A stretch of DNA of 58,616 nucleotides, counting the filler, from Diploschistes diacapsis (lineage: Eukaryota), in NCBI GenBank assembly GCA_023645945.1. It is 5 parts of 5 records of this genome, joined end to end, with 100 filler letters (N's around TTAATTAATTAA, not from the genome) between each part and the next. Parts side by side here need not be neighbours in the genome. Positions count along the whole stretch, not along the records: positions 47,014 to 58,616 come from JALAIB010000816.1; 4 more parts are not named here. One strand, written 5' to 3'. Made by a program: the position numbers and the translations under genes. Below the pieces are notes generated by a model that was not told where the DNA came from, searched no databases, and saw nothing but the letters and a program-made list of their open reading frames with translations. Positions 47,014-58,616 of this stretch are shown piece by piece (within the stretch, counting starts at the first letter, position 1; each line of letters begins with the position of its first letter).

Positions 47014-48116
47014 GAAGAGAGGGGCGGGACGACATGGGGATATGTAAGAGAGGTGAAGGGGGAGGAGGCCGGGGCGGCGAGATGGGATAGATGCAAGAAA
47101 GGCGCGAGAGAAAAGAAAAAGGAGAAGTAAAAAAGAGAGAAGGAAAGATCGACAGGGAAATTTTTTCTTTCCGTGGTAGTGAACGTCGTCAGAAAGAAGG
47201 GGGGCCCATATGCATCGTAAATCTTGCAGAACCACGACTTATGATAACGGTCGCAATGTTTTTGCCGTAAAAACTTCCCTTTGCTTGTGGAAGAAAACCA
47301 GCCACACACAAGCATTAAAAGCCATTGTTTCTACCTAACTCCCCTCAAAGTCCGTCGTCGAAGTTCGAAACGGGATTGACTAACCGCTTTAAAATTAAAC
47401 CGAGTCGAACCCACGACCTTCGAAAAAGGGTCTGCCAGCAGTCGTCTCCACCATTCGACCATGCCGCCTTACACGACTGATGCACGTAGCTCGGGATATG
47501 GAGGAGGAGGATGAGGTAATAGTAGTGGTGGTGGTGGCGCTCCGCAACTGGCTTTGCGGCCCAAAAAAAAACATCCCTATCCAGAGAGACCCGTTCGTTT
47601 ACCCGCATCTACAACTAGGTATCCCTCTAGCCTCGATCAAAGCACATACATGTACTCGCAGGAGAACATACAATCTCGACGTCGTATTAAGCTCCAGCGC
47701 GGTTCGACTTATCAGAGCGCGCCGCATTCTCCGCTTGCAGTGACAGAAGCAAATAACAGATGGGGGGAGGGGGGGCCATGTTGAGAGTTGGGACACCGTT
47801 GGAGGTTGCAGGGGGACGGGAGATGGGAGTCCCTCCCGCATCTCGACTCTTAAGTGAGTCATGAGCACGATGGCTGTACATCTGGACGGAGGAATGCCCT
47901 GGGACAATGACCTTCCTCGATCAGATTCTCCATTTCCTTATATACACGGTAGAACAATGACATTGGGCGCCGCCATTATCCATAACATATTATCCATCAC
48001 TTCCCACCTAAACCCTCTGCGATGCAACCTTTCAAACACGGACAAGGCACCTTTTCATACCGTTTCCCTCGACTTCGTTCCCCCAGTCCATTCCTCAACC
48101 AGATCGTAAAAGTCCC

Positions 48117-49979
48117 TCAAGACAATGCAACAATGCAACTCTTCTTCCGGGGCTGGACGAGGAAGTACGACATGGGCTCCATCTCCTCGTCGCTCGACAG
48201 CACACGAGCGTTCGGATACGAGCGGAAGAACAGGGCCATCGCCATCCTCATTTCGTCTCTAGCAAGATGCTGGCCGATGCAGTTACGGGTGCCGATGCCG
48301 AAAGGCATGAAGGAGTGCTTCATCTCCTGCGTGGGGTTATCCCATCTATCCGGGTTGAATCTAAGAAATAGCATGTCAGAAGATATTTTTTTTGCGGAGT
48401 AGTTTGCACGGAACAGGTGCCAGAACATGCAAGACCAACCTTAGCGGGTCTACAAAGATCGATGGGTTACGATGGAGGCTGTATGCCTGCGTCGACACGA
48501 TAAAGCCGCTGGGGAATTCTGGGCCCAAGGTTAATTGAAGCTGTGTGGTAAGGAAACTTGGGGAGGTAAACTTGCCGTAGCCAGCAAGGCGGGCTCCGCC
48601 ACTGGGAACAATCCTTGGGAGAGCGCTAGATGCCACGCCGTGGAGCCGCAAGGTCTCATCAATACATTTGTTCAAGTACGGAAGATACCTTATTTCCTCC
48701 CAGCCAAAATTACTCGGAAGAGTGGAGAGCTCGGCAATCAGCTTCTCTCGAACCTCCGGGTGCCTGGTGACTGCGTAGACAAAGTACGTCGAGGTCAGAG
48801 CAGTTGTGTCAGAGCCCGCTACGATGTAAGCTTGGCCTTCACGGATAAGGTCGTCTCTCGGAAGGGACTCTTCGCCTTCAACCTTTTGCAACATCTTCGT
48901 GAACAACGTCGGCTTTGGGTTGGTAGGGTTCATGACAACATGCTGTTCGTACCGCGCGAATGACTGCCTGGAGTATTCGATAATCCTGCCCACGGAGTAG
49001 AGGGCCTGGCTGAAAGGCTCGATGCCTAGGAATCCAAAAATGTAGACAAGCTTTCCAAGCTCGGACCGGAGGGCGGAAGCTAGCGCAACACTAAGATTCT
49101 TTAGTTTAGAAACGGGTCCTGGGAGGATTGGGCGTACGTTTGTAGATCTCTGAAATATTGATTGGGCTGTGAGTTTATGCATCAGCAATGGTCTACGAAG
49201 TCCTCGGGTCATACAGTTCACATACCTGAGCGTGATCCAGCATTCTGAACGACTCGGCGACTGTAATGGTCTGCCTTTAGCCTTGCTCTCTCTGTGACGA
49301 GCATGTTGCAACGAGCATGGAATGAGTCCGTGCAACAATTCAACGCAAGGGGTCTTACAGCACAATTCGCCGATGACGTCGGTCGCCATGAAGGTGAACC
49401 ATTTGAGAATATCGGCGCTCCCTTCCATCTTGATCTCCTTGCCGATGCCGTCCATGGTCTTGCTAACGTTGTCGTTGACGGTCGGCTCGACGTTCTTGAG
49501 CGAGCTGTCGGAGAGTGGGGATGCAAGGAGCCGCCGGCGAGCACTGTGTTTCTTTGGGTCTTGGATCGAGAACAGGTTTACGTTACCGCCAGTGATTTTC
49601 AGATACCATGCTGCCTTCACAAAGGGGGTCGACATGCGGTGGATCTCTCGCGTTGCTTGGAGATCGACTATGGAGACTTCGGTGGGCCTGACTCTCACAA
49701 CGGGGCCATATTTCTGATGTAGCGCGTGAACATATTTCACCCGCTGACCAGTAACCCAGTAGTATTTGACGGGTAACTCTGTCCATCGAGTATACCATGG
49801 ACCGGGAACATGAGCAGCTGGTCCATAATACGCATTCCATGCAGCTCTCTAGGGGTTTCGTTAGTACACAAATGCATACGTCATCATGCACAACCTACAA
49901 AGAAGAGCACACCAAGCCCAAGGGTGACAACGGCATAAATTAGAGAATATGGTCCCATCCGGTCTTTTGAAGACTCCAT
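48117..49979 (-). CDS. Cytochrome P450, multi-exon
   Basis: N-terminal TM anchor, VPGPW, I-helix AGSDTT, ETLR, FNPDRW, heme motif FMPFGIGTRNCIG. Exon structure around 49090-49150 is uncertain. Confidence 0.93.
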
Positions 49980-50184
49980 CATAATATCGAGAACAGGCAA
50001 GAGGAAGGCAAGTAAGTAGTAGCAGATGCTCAAGTTAGCCGAACTCGATAGGGTGTTTGGAAGTAGTGAGCAACTGCAAGCTTATGAGAAACACAATGGA
50101 CGATATAACAGGGCTACAGCAGTGATATATATGAATAATCTCTTAGCTTCTGACCGTGCAGTAATATGCAAGCTACGGACAATG

Positions 50185-50216
50185 CACGCCGAACTCGACC
50201 CACGCCGAACTCGACC
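50185..50216. repeat. Perfect 16-bp tandem repeat in the P450 promoter
   Basis: CACGCCGAACTCGACC x2. The core GCCGAACTCGA recurs at 50038-50048. Confidence 0.85.
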
Positions 50217-50920
50217 GCAGTGCGTAAAAAAGACTCACCTGGCGGTACTGTTCAAGGACGAAGACCGAGAACTTGGCGACGGAGGGAGGTGCAGTAGCAA
50301 GGCCGGTACTAGTTAGGTACTTAGTAACTGCATCATATTCCGATTAATATTGTATTGTTGTGATGGGGTAACGAAGGCCCATAGATCATGCTGCCTTGTC
50401 CACTCCACCCTGTCGACGCCGATGCCAACGGTGGGAATTCCGGTCATGCGTTAAATAGTGAACCCTCTGGCAACTCTACCATTGTTGATTGAGGTTGATG
50501 TTGTTTTGATGGGATTTGCGCAGATGATAGGCCTTTATCCTTGACCTACACAAACCGCACGGTTCCAACGGTTAGCACAAAGTATTATCAAAACGCCACT
50601 TACAGCTTGAAGCTTTAGATACGGAACCATTGAAAGCCAATGGTACTACCTCCGAAGTGCACTTGAAGCGATGGTCTTGATGCTTGAATGTCCCATGGCG
50701 TCTTCATAACACATGGGTGTCTACGAAAATAGTAGATCATAGTGAAACCGTAAGATCCCGTATTCTGACAATGTTTCGATTCGAAAAGCTGGGGGAAAAT
50801 ACTCCAAATCAGTCCTCTGACCTCTGAATATCCAGGCCGTTGCAGCCTATAAACGGCCTCTCGTGGCGACATGGTCGAATGATGCTTTCGCAGCGCAGAT
50901 AAAAGATATCCATTTAAACT

Positions 50921-50948
50921 GGGTCACGTGCGTGCCAAGCTGGAGCCC
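50921..50948. promoter_or_regulatory. 28-bp shared upstream motif, copy 1
   Basis: GGGTCACGTGCGTGCCAAGCTGGAGCCC, 25/28 identical to 53342-53369. Confidence 0.6.
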
Positions 50949-51535
50949 CTAGGTCATTCCATGCTCGGCATATGATCTTTCCCGGTGGTCCATCATAATC
51001 TCGGGCCTGTACAAGCAGCGAACTCCGCTATATACAACCCAATTAGGAGTGACCATTTTCACCTACACTTCGGTGCAACATAAAACAGATATACAGTAAT
51101 TTTTACTCGGCCGAGAGACCACTTTGACCGTGACAGTTCCGTGGCACGTGGACAGATTGGTGCCGCGCCAGTGAATAAATTCTATAATAGGAAGAGAAAC
51201 TTGCCACAAGCAGGACATATCCTCATGATCCCTAGTGCAAACATAACTGTTTGACCCACCAGAGTCCCCGGATACTGGACCTTGAAAATGGGGGGTTCAC
51301 GTTGAGCTTTTTTTCGTAGGACAAAAGACCTCCTGCTTGTGTGGCGCCGACTACCGCAGTGCTAACCTTTATTCTGGAGGTCACTTCGTAGTGAGAGGAA
51401 GATGGACGAATTGTATACTAGATGCACCGAGGATACCCTGGATATATAGAGACGGTGGGGCAGTGACGTGGCTACACCGTTCTGTTTGCACTATGACTGA
51501 TCTCACGCTATCTGGACAAGCCCGCCTCCAGTACC

Positions 51536-52832
51536 TTAGACCCCTTCGTATAGACTCCTCGGCTTGTTGTACTCGCGATGCTTGAACAGTTTCCCATTGA
51601 CGCTTTCCAGTGAAAATTCACTACAGGTTCGAGACAAGGGATCAAGACGATGCTGGGTATGGTGCTCTTGGTTGGCGCCAGAGTCTGAATACAGACGTTA
51701 GCAAGCTTGAGATTGAGTGAGGTAATGGCAACTGACCAGCAACTGCAGTAATGAAGCTCTGAAAGGGCAGCAAGACCAGGACGGCTGGCAGGAGCTGGCC
51801 GAAACTCCATGTGTCCGAAGCAAGGCCGCTCTGCACAAGACTGACGATGAGCGCACCTAGGCTGAAAATCCAGACAAGGGTGATAACGCTGCTGGCAATG
51901 TACCAGGGGAAGAGAAGCTCGGCCGTGCACCACAGCAGCCATCGTTTAGCGCTCGAGGCTGGCTGCACATAATCTTCGGCGAACCTGACAGCCAAGCGGG
52001 TAAGCTGGCTACGAACAATCGCATAAGGATTATATCGCTTCCAACCAACCCGCCCAGTGGAGCCAAGGGAAGACCTACGCCGCCTGTGATGGTTGGTCCA
52101 GGTCTTGATCACCTCGAATCGGTCTTCCCGTCCCTCACTGATAACGTTGCGAACTGTCGTTGCCTCCTCAGACAAGAACAGCGGAAGGTATACGATTAGA
52201 AATATCCAGGATATGCCGAGAGCCTCCAGAGTGATTGCAGTATGCCAAAAATTGGAAAGCATTGAAGTCTTCTTATCCGAGTCTTTCGGCTTATTAGGCG
52301 ACAGTTCGAGTATGGCAATGATAAGCCAAAGCACGTAAACAAGGACCATGACCATGATACGAGCAGTGGCTAGCCTAAGATGATGGCGGAAGTGGGCCCT
52401 CAAGCTAAACAAGGTGGCCGCATGCGTGAAAATAGAAAAACATACGATATCACCAGCGGTCCACAAGTTGTCGGCACCAAAGACGACCGCGGATGGCCAG
52501 TATTTGATGTATGCGCAGACGATCAACAGAAGACCCACGAGGAGCTGCTGATCGCTCAGCTGAATAACAAACTCCGTTTCGGCACTAATCCAGAAGGCTA
52601 CCGGATCCGTGGAGGCATGGTGTGGAGTCAATCTCCGCAAAAGACTTGGTGGCTGCCCATTGCGCGAAGCGATGCGCCGGAGCCATATAATGATAAAAGA
52701 GCTGGTATAGGTAAGAGCTCCAGTAAGTAGGAAACCGATGATGACCCCAGGTCCTGCGATATCTGGATCCGGGGCTCTGAGGTCGTCACTAGCGCTTGGG
52801 CACGAGGTGTTCAAGGCAGGTGCATCAGCCAT
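51536..52832 (-). CDS. Multi-pass membrane protein of an uncharacterised fungal type, 2 exons
   Basis: PDPDIAGPGV, LSDQQLLVG, THAATL and WSFGQLLP motifs, several hydrophobic segments, intron at ~51685-51738. Confidence 0.82.
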
Positions 52833-53341
52833 CGCACAGCGATAACAAACTTAAGGTCCTCTCCAGTCGCAGTTCGTGACTACATCTCAGCTCGAGGGGG
52901 AAAACCCGGTCTTTTAAAGAAAGTTCATGCTTTATGCCCAGCATTGTAGGTTCAATTGTGAAGCTCGTAGGATCCACCCGGTTCCTGTGATATTATGCAC
53001 TGCGATCTCGATATCTGCTAGCGTTCGTCTTTGATAAAGGCAACCCCATACAATGATGGGAGCTGAAGCTTGGCAGTCATCACAATTGGCGGCCGATGTT
53101 GGCCTAACCAGAGCTAAATCATGCATTACCCATAATTGTAGCTTGTTATTCCTAGCACAGATGCGAACTCGGGGCTCAATCTAGGAGACAATGAGCTCTT
53201 CGACGTGAATCCACATCTTTAGAGCTGTGCGCAGGACTGAATGAAAACTGTGTTTCAGGATTTTGATGAAGCTGCAGCGCGACAATGGGGTATCGCGTCA
53301 AGCCACTAAGCGCCACCATCACCACCGGCCAGTGTTATGAC

Positions 53342-53369
53342 GGGTCACGTGGGCGCCAAGCCGGAGCCC
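53342..53369. promoter_or_regulatory. 28-bp shared upstream motif, copy 2
   Basis: GGGTCACGTGGGCGCCAAGCCGGAGCCC. Confidence 0.6.
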
Positions 53370-54614
53370 AATATGACCCCAAGTCATGACCCCTCATAAC
53401 ACTGCCACCGGCATGACTGTTCGGCTTTGCAATAACCTCTTACTGCCGGTTTCGACAATTCAGCTCGAGTTTCAGGAGAATCCTTTGCTGAGCTCTCGCA
53501 TTAATACCATCTACAGTGGGGACAGCAGTATCGTCGCATTTGTACCCTGCGCTATAGGGCTCGGATTCGGCAAGAGCTGGGCGCGGACGGGAACTCTTGC
53601 GATCCTTTCGGGTCTTGATGGTCAAGACAACGACAACTAAGATGGTAATGTTTGATTGTGGTTTGAAATGTACTTCATGTTGTCAGCTCATCGTTTCTCT
53701 TCAACGTAGCTTAATGGCATAGCCACATTGACGAAGGCTTCCAAATCAACAGGGGCGACTGACCGTAGGATATGCCTCTGTAAGCACTTTTTACCGTCTT
53801 TGTGTTAGAGTCTAGCAAGTCAGGCTTCAAACAATGTAGTTTTGTCAACCACCACACCTTCATCCCAGGCCTAATGAAGACTTAGTATCAAGAGCCCTCT
53901 GACTAAGTAGCCGGGTTGCCCAAAAGCCTTATCTGCTCCCATATCTGCAAGAGTCGAGCAAGGGCCAAAGGCATTCAAGATTGGTCAGACCTATCATTGT
54001 TTGACGGATATGTACCACGTAAGGCCCTGTTTGCAACCACAGATCCGACCTTGTGTCATAGCAATCATGACTTAACAGACGAGCCGCTGCTTATCCGATG
54101 CAAGGCAGCGCGTGAAGCGATGGCAGGCATGCCATAAAAGTGGAGAATGATTGGAACCATCATAACCCACTCCTGCATATTTTAGACACCAAGACCAGAG
54201 AGGTGGCATTCATTCAGCTTCAGACCCATTTTCTTGCTTTTCAAGCTTATTTGTGCACCGACGGGCTTTCTGGGTTAAACCATTTGCAGGCTTGGCTACC
54301 GTACGGCGACTGAAGCCGGTACTCGCCGTCATGGGGTTCCCCTTTCCTAGGAGGCAGTATCGATGATATTTGACACAACAAATACCTTTCCCACCACTTT
54401 ATGCTCACACAAGAGCTCGATAGATGCTTTAACTCAATTACGACAGAAATTTCGGATACTTGAAGCGCTTCCTGGAACCTTCATGTTTGATTTGTAATTG
54501 ACCCAAAGTATCTTTCAAACTCTAGTATGAGCATTAAATGGCTGATGGTGGTGGAAGAGATGTCTGGTGTGCTGGTTATCATCGACATCGCCCATCTAGC
54601 TTGCTCAAAACTAA

Positions 54615-57000
54615 TTATAGATTGGCATTCCAAATTTCACTGAAGCTGCCGACAGTCTGGTTCTCGGGGCCCAATTGCAACAATGACTCGTACTCTTCAT
54701 CATTTTCAGTGTATTTGTTCCATTCGTTCCACAATTCCTACTACAGTCAGCAAATGCGTCTGAGCAGAAATCGTTGGATAAGAATACCCAGTCGAATTCA
54801 AGAGCTGTTTGAGTAGGTACTTCTCTTGTGTAAGTTGGCTCATCGATTGCAGCATCCTTCGCGCCGGGAACTTGGTCATCCTGCGGAGTTTGAAGCATAG
54901 TGTCACTGAGCATCTGTTTGGTTTTCTTCACGGCAAATGAGAACAGCCCCCATGCTTTTGCCGCTTCTATCGAGTCACTTTTTGCAATGCGCCAAAACTC
55001 GATTGATCGTTCTAGGGCGGCTATCATCTCTGGCCGACGATCGAAGCCCCAGATTCGAACATCACTTGATTTTGGAGCTCGAGGCTCTGCTTTGAGACCA
55101 TAATGCAGGTCCATTGCTATAATCATCCCAGCAGCGAAGAAATCATGAGATGTTAAACTCCAAACATGACGTTTGCGTATCGATGTCGGAAAATCAACTC
55201 CTGCTCCCCAAGCGTAGTAAATCTCAGCCTGGTGGCCCAAAAGGCATAGTGCTGCATCAACACATGATCGACGATAATGCATCAGTTTATTATCTTGGTG
55301 GGCTCGCGACAGAAACCGGCGGTATAGTAAACATTGAGCCAACTGGCAAAGCCTATCTATGTGTATCCGATGTGTTTTAATATACAGTGGTATCGGCGCT
55401 GACTTTGCCGCGAATGTCATTTGGAGATGCGGTGGAATGGCGTTTCGGCTTGCAAGCATCTCTTCCTCAAGCTTTCTAACCTGATCGCGAGGAATTTCGC
55501 CGATATGTTCGGTCGCCTTTACAACACGGTCGAGGACAAAGCAAAGCTGCCTTTTAATGATAAGGTGAGAAACCCCGGTGATTTCAGTCTTCGGCCTTGA
55601 GGGTGGTAATGACTCAGATAGCTTCCCAAAGTCTTCATCTCGTAAGTTTCGTGGCAGTGCACAGTCGCAATCATTCTGTTGAACTGTGCAAGGCAGGGAA
55701 AGTTGGAACGAATACAATATGTCCATACAATGGAGGGCACTCCACAACCGCCGGCGCATCTCTGCTTGGAATGGCGTCAATTCTGCATGTGATTTCCATT
55801 CTCTATGGATTCCCATGCTCATTGCAAGGCGTATAGCAAGGCCGAGAACCAAGGAGATCTCTATCTTGCTGTCTTGTGATGTGAGCCACTCAGACTCAAG
55901 GTAGAGCAGCATGGCTTTTAGTATGAGCATGGTAGGATTTGTATAATCTGCAGCTATAAGGCATTGTATCGTAAGCCTCTTATATAGAGCAATTAGGTCG
56001 AAATGATCTGGTGATATGTCGGTCGATATTTCGTTTGTTTCCTTCTGGGCCTCCGCGATGCGAAATATGGCAAAGAAGACTGCAAGCCATGCGAATGTAG
56101 TCTTGGAAGGGTTGAGCCAGAACTCGGAGTACTCCTGGTAAAAAGAAGGCCGGTGAGTCAAAGGTGCTGTAGGATTGTGGGACTCAAAAAAACGTGTGAC
56201 AAGTTCGTCCGCAATGAGTCGGGGAGGGATCCAGGATATCACTTCGTCTTTGCTCACGTTCGGAGCAGTACCTCGAAGAAGGCTCATCGAGTTGGCTGGG
56301 GTCGCAGCTAGGAGTCTTCTTTTCTCAAGCGCTTCGAATTCTATTTCTCTGTGATTTTCGCTGAGATAGGTTCGAAAGTCTGCGATCTCGTTCAGACCAA
56401 CGGCAACCCAATGCGAAGCACCAAGGTAGTGACTCCTATCCTGGTCATTCTCGACCTTCATGATACCAAGAACTCTAGAGACATCATCTATAATGTTGCC
56501 TTTAGCCTCAGCGAGCAAGAGACTGTTATCCGTACAGCGCACGCCTTCTTTTTGTGCTCTTGATGGCTGAGCTCGAGTACTATCGGTTCCATCCCTTTGC
56601 CGCTGTTCAGAGCCTTGGCTCTTGAGGCTTACCGGCCTTTGCTCGTTAGCCGCTACGGACATCAACAGGCTCTCCAAGCGGTCAATCCTCGCTTCCAGAC
56701 CATTTGCTTGGGGAGGTTCAGATGGTCCATTAGAGACTTCGTGGGGGTTCTGTGAAATATAAGAGCAGGTTGCAACATCCCCAGTTTTGACGCATGATTC
56801 GCAAGGGATCTCTCGGTTGCATTTAACTCTGATCTGCACTATCAGTTCTCAGATACAGCAGAACGCTATACTTGCAGAATCAGTGACTGAACAGACAAAA
56901 ACACTGCATACTTCCTGATCCTACAATGCCAGCATGAGACTGGACGTCTCTTCCTCTTCCGTGCTCCAGCATCATAGCCGTTGGCGCCTGTGTCAGCCAT
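54615..57000 (-). CDS. Zn(II)2Cys6 transcription factor with fungal-specific middle homology domain, 3 exons
   Basis: RKRRPVSCWHCRIRK/VKCNREIPCESCVKTGDVATC, LEARIDRLESLL, LAMSMGIHR..EMRRRLW. Confidence 0.93.
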
Positions 57001-57314
57001 TGAAATGCATGAGATTGAAGGTGGTAACAATGGCTTGTTCAGGCCTACACAAAAGGATTTGTAGTATAGACACTGTGGTTTTGCTACGGATATAAGTTAT
57101 TAAACCCGAAAGGCTTGGCAGAAGACTTTTGTTTGTTCCTAAGCGAAGCGCAGGACTATAGCAGGTTAGTAGAACATCCTGAACGTTTGTGGGTTCAAGG
57201 GTTGAACCCCGTAGGGCTGACCTGGGGAAGTATTTATACCTCGCTACTTCCCACCTAGTTAGTTTCTTTCTTACCTTTTCGAATCTGAACCATTCAGCCT
57301 ACAGATGCCCAGTT

Positions 57315-58429
57315 TAGGCTGGCCGTCACTGACACTGACACGGACACTAACAGTATCAGTATCCGTGTTTTAGATTTTTTAGCTGCGATGTCCGTGTCCG
57401 TGGATTCACGGAAATACACTATCCGTATTAATATCAATATTTAAAAATTTTTAATTATAATATCCGTGTCCGTGTTTTTATTATAATATAGTATCCGTGT
57501 TAATATTCGTGTCGAGAAAATTTTTACTACGATATCCGTATTAATCAATTCACGAAAATATAATATCCATATCCGTATATTTACCGAAATACTTTTTTTT
57601 TTAATAATTCTAGAATTATCACGTCTATTTCTTACGTTTTTATTTTTTTAAAAAAATTACACCGCGATATTTCGGTGAATTCACCGTAATATTTCGATAA
57701 ATTTACGGAAATATAGTGTCCGTGTTTGTATTCGTGTTTTAAATTTTTAACTATAATGTCCGTGTTAGGCTAGCCGTTTCGTGCCACGGTCACTGACACG
57801 GACACTGCAGCAAAAATTTTTAAAACACGGACATTAACACGGACACGACAGCAAAAATTTTAAAACACGGATACTGACACGGACACTATATTATAGTAAA
57901 AGCACGGACACGGACATTATAATTAAAAATTTTAAAACACTGACATTAATACGGATATTATATTTCCGTGAATCTACCGAAACACTGCGGTGAATCTATC
58001 GAAACATCGCAATGAAATTTTTTTAAAAAAATAAAAGCGTGAGAAATAGACGTGATAATTCTAGAATTATTAAAATTAAAAAAATAATTTAAAGTGTTTC
58101 GGTAAATGCACGGATACGGACACCGTAGTAAAAAAATTTTCGATACGGATACTAACACGGACACTATATTGTAATGAAAGCACGGACACGGACATTGTAA
58201 TTAAAAAATTTAAAACATTGATACTGATACGGACACTGCATTTCCGTGAATTCACGGACACGGACACCGTAGTTAAAAAATCTAAAACACGGATACTGAC
58301 ACTGTCAGTGTCCGTGTCACTGACACGGCCGTGTCAGTGTCAGTGACGGCCAGCCTAGTGAATACACGCATATGGATATCGCAGTAAAAAAAATTTCAGC
58401 ACGGACATTAACACGGACATTATATTATA
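57315..58429. mobile_element. Cluster of RIP-mutated non-autonomous TIR (hAT-like) elements forming a ~450 bp inverted repeat
   Basis: Termini TAGGCTGGCCGT (57315), TAGGCTAGCCGT (57766) and ACGGCCAGCCTA (58357). Many ACACGG subterminal repeats. 57315-57765 is the reverse complement of ~57907-58357, mostly with transition differences. Confidence 0.8.
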
Positions 58430-58616
58430 ACGTGTTAGACGGTGAGTCCGGCCACCCCCAGAGTCCGGCCACCTCAAATCACTATTTTTATCTTATATTC
58501 GATTTTTTTCAATTATGATTACCTCGTATCGCAATAATTCGATTTTAATAGAATTTAATATCGACGACTGTTTACAGGCCCTAAAATTATAATAATATAT
58601 TAATATTCGAGAAACT
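58430..58616. mobile_element. Fot1/pogo-type (Tc1-mariner) transposon end, truncated by the window
   Basis: TA target followed by ACGTGTTAGACGGTGAGTCCGGCCACCCCCAGAGTCCGGCCACC (ACGT start, internal GAGTCCGGCCACC x2), then AT-rich sequence. Confidence 0.7.

Noticed and set aside
57191..57209. GGGTTCAA-GGG-TTGAACCC palindrome as a tRNA T-arm
   Set aside because: No cloverleaf around it; at most a promoter palindrome.
57958..58267. ORFs with SVSV repeats
   Set aside because: Translations of ACACGG repeats within the MITE.

Overview
Fungal (Pezizomycotina ascomycete) genomic DNA with GT-AG introns. It is not one locus. Four identical 100-nt N/TTAATTAATTAA/N linkers join five contigs of 11682, 11678, 11649, 11604 and 11603 nt, i.e. 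sorted by size, so adjacency across linkers is probably artificial. Contig 1: ABCC transporter, Sec14 protein, small membrane protein, sedolisin, partial Dabb protein. Contig 2: rpl11, decayed PAQR/desaturase/F-box-like genes, dbf2. Contig 3: hapX, oxa1, mim1, shp1, a BTB gene, a secreted-protein pseudogene. Contig 4: avo2-like, rpn3, spc34, NDUFA12-like and calponin-homology genes. Contig 5: P450, membrane protein, Zn2Cys6 factor, RIP-mutated DNA transposon remnants. The main result is a probable ~1.7 kb telomerase RNA gene at ~39060-40790 (+), divergent from rpn3. A CTAACCCT template, core-enclosing helix, H-type pseudoknot and P5/P6/P6.1 junction were all found by hand base-pairing. A protein-like 140-169 codon ORF runs on the same strand through its pseudoknot, suggesting a dual-function RNA. 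Gene identities come from recognised motifs; no database search was run.
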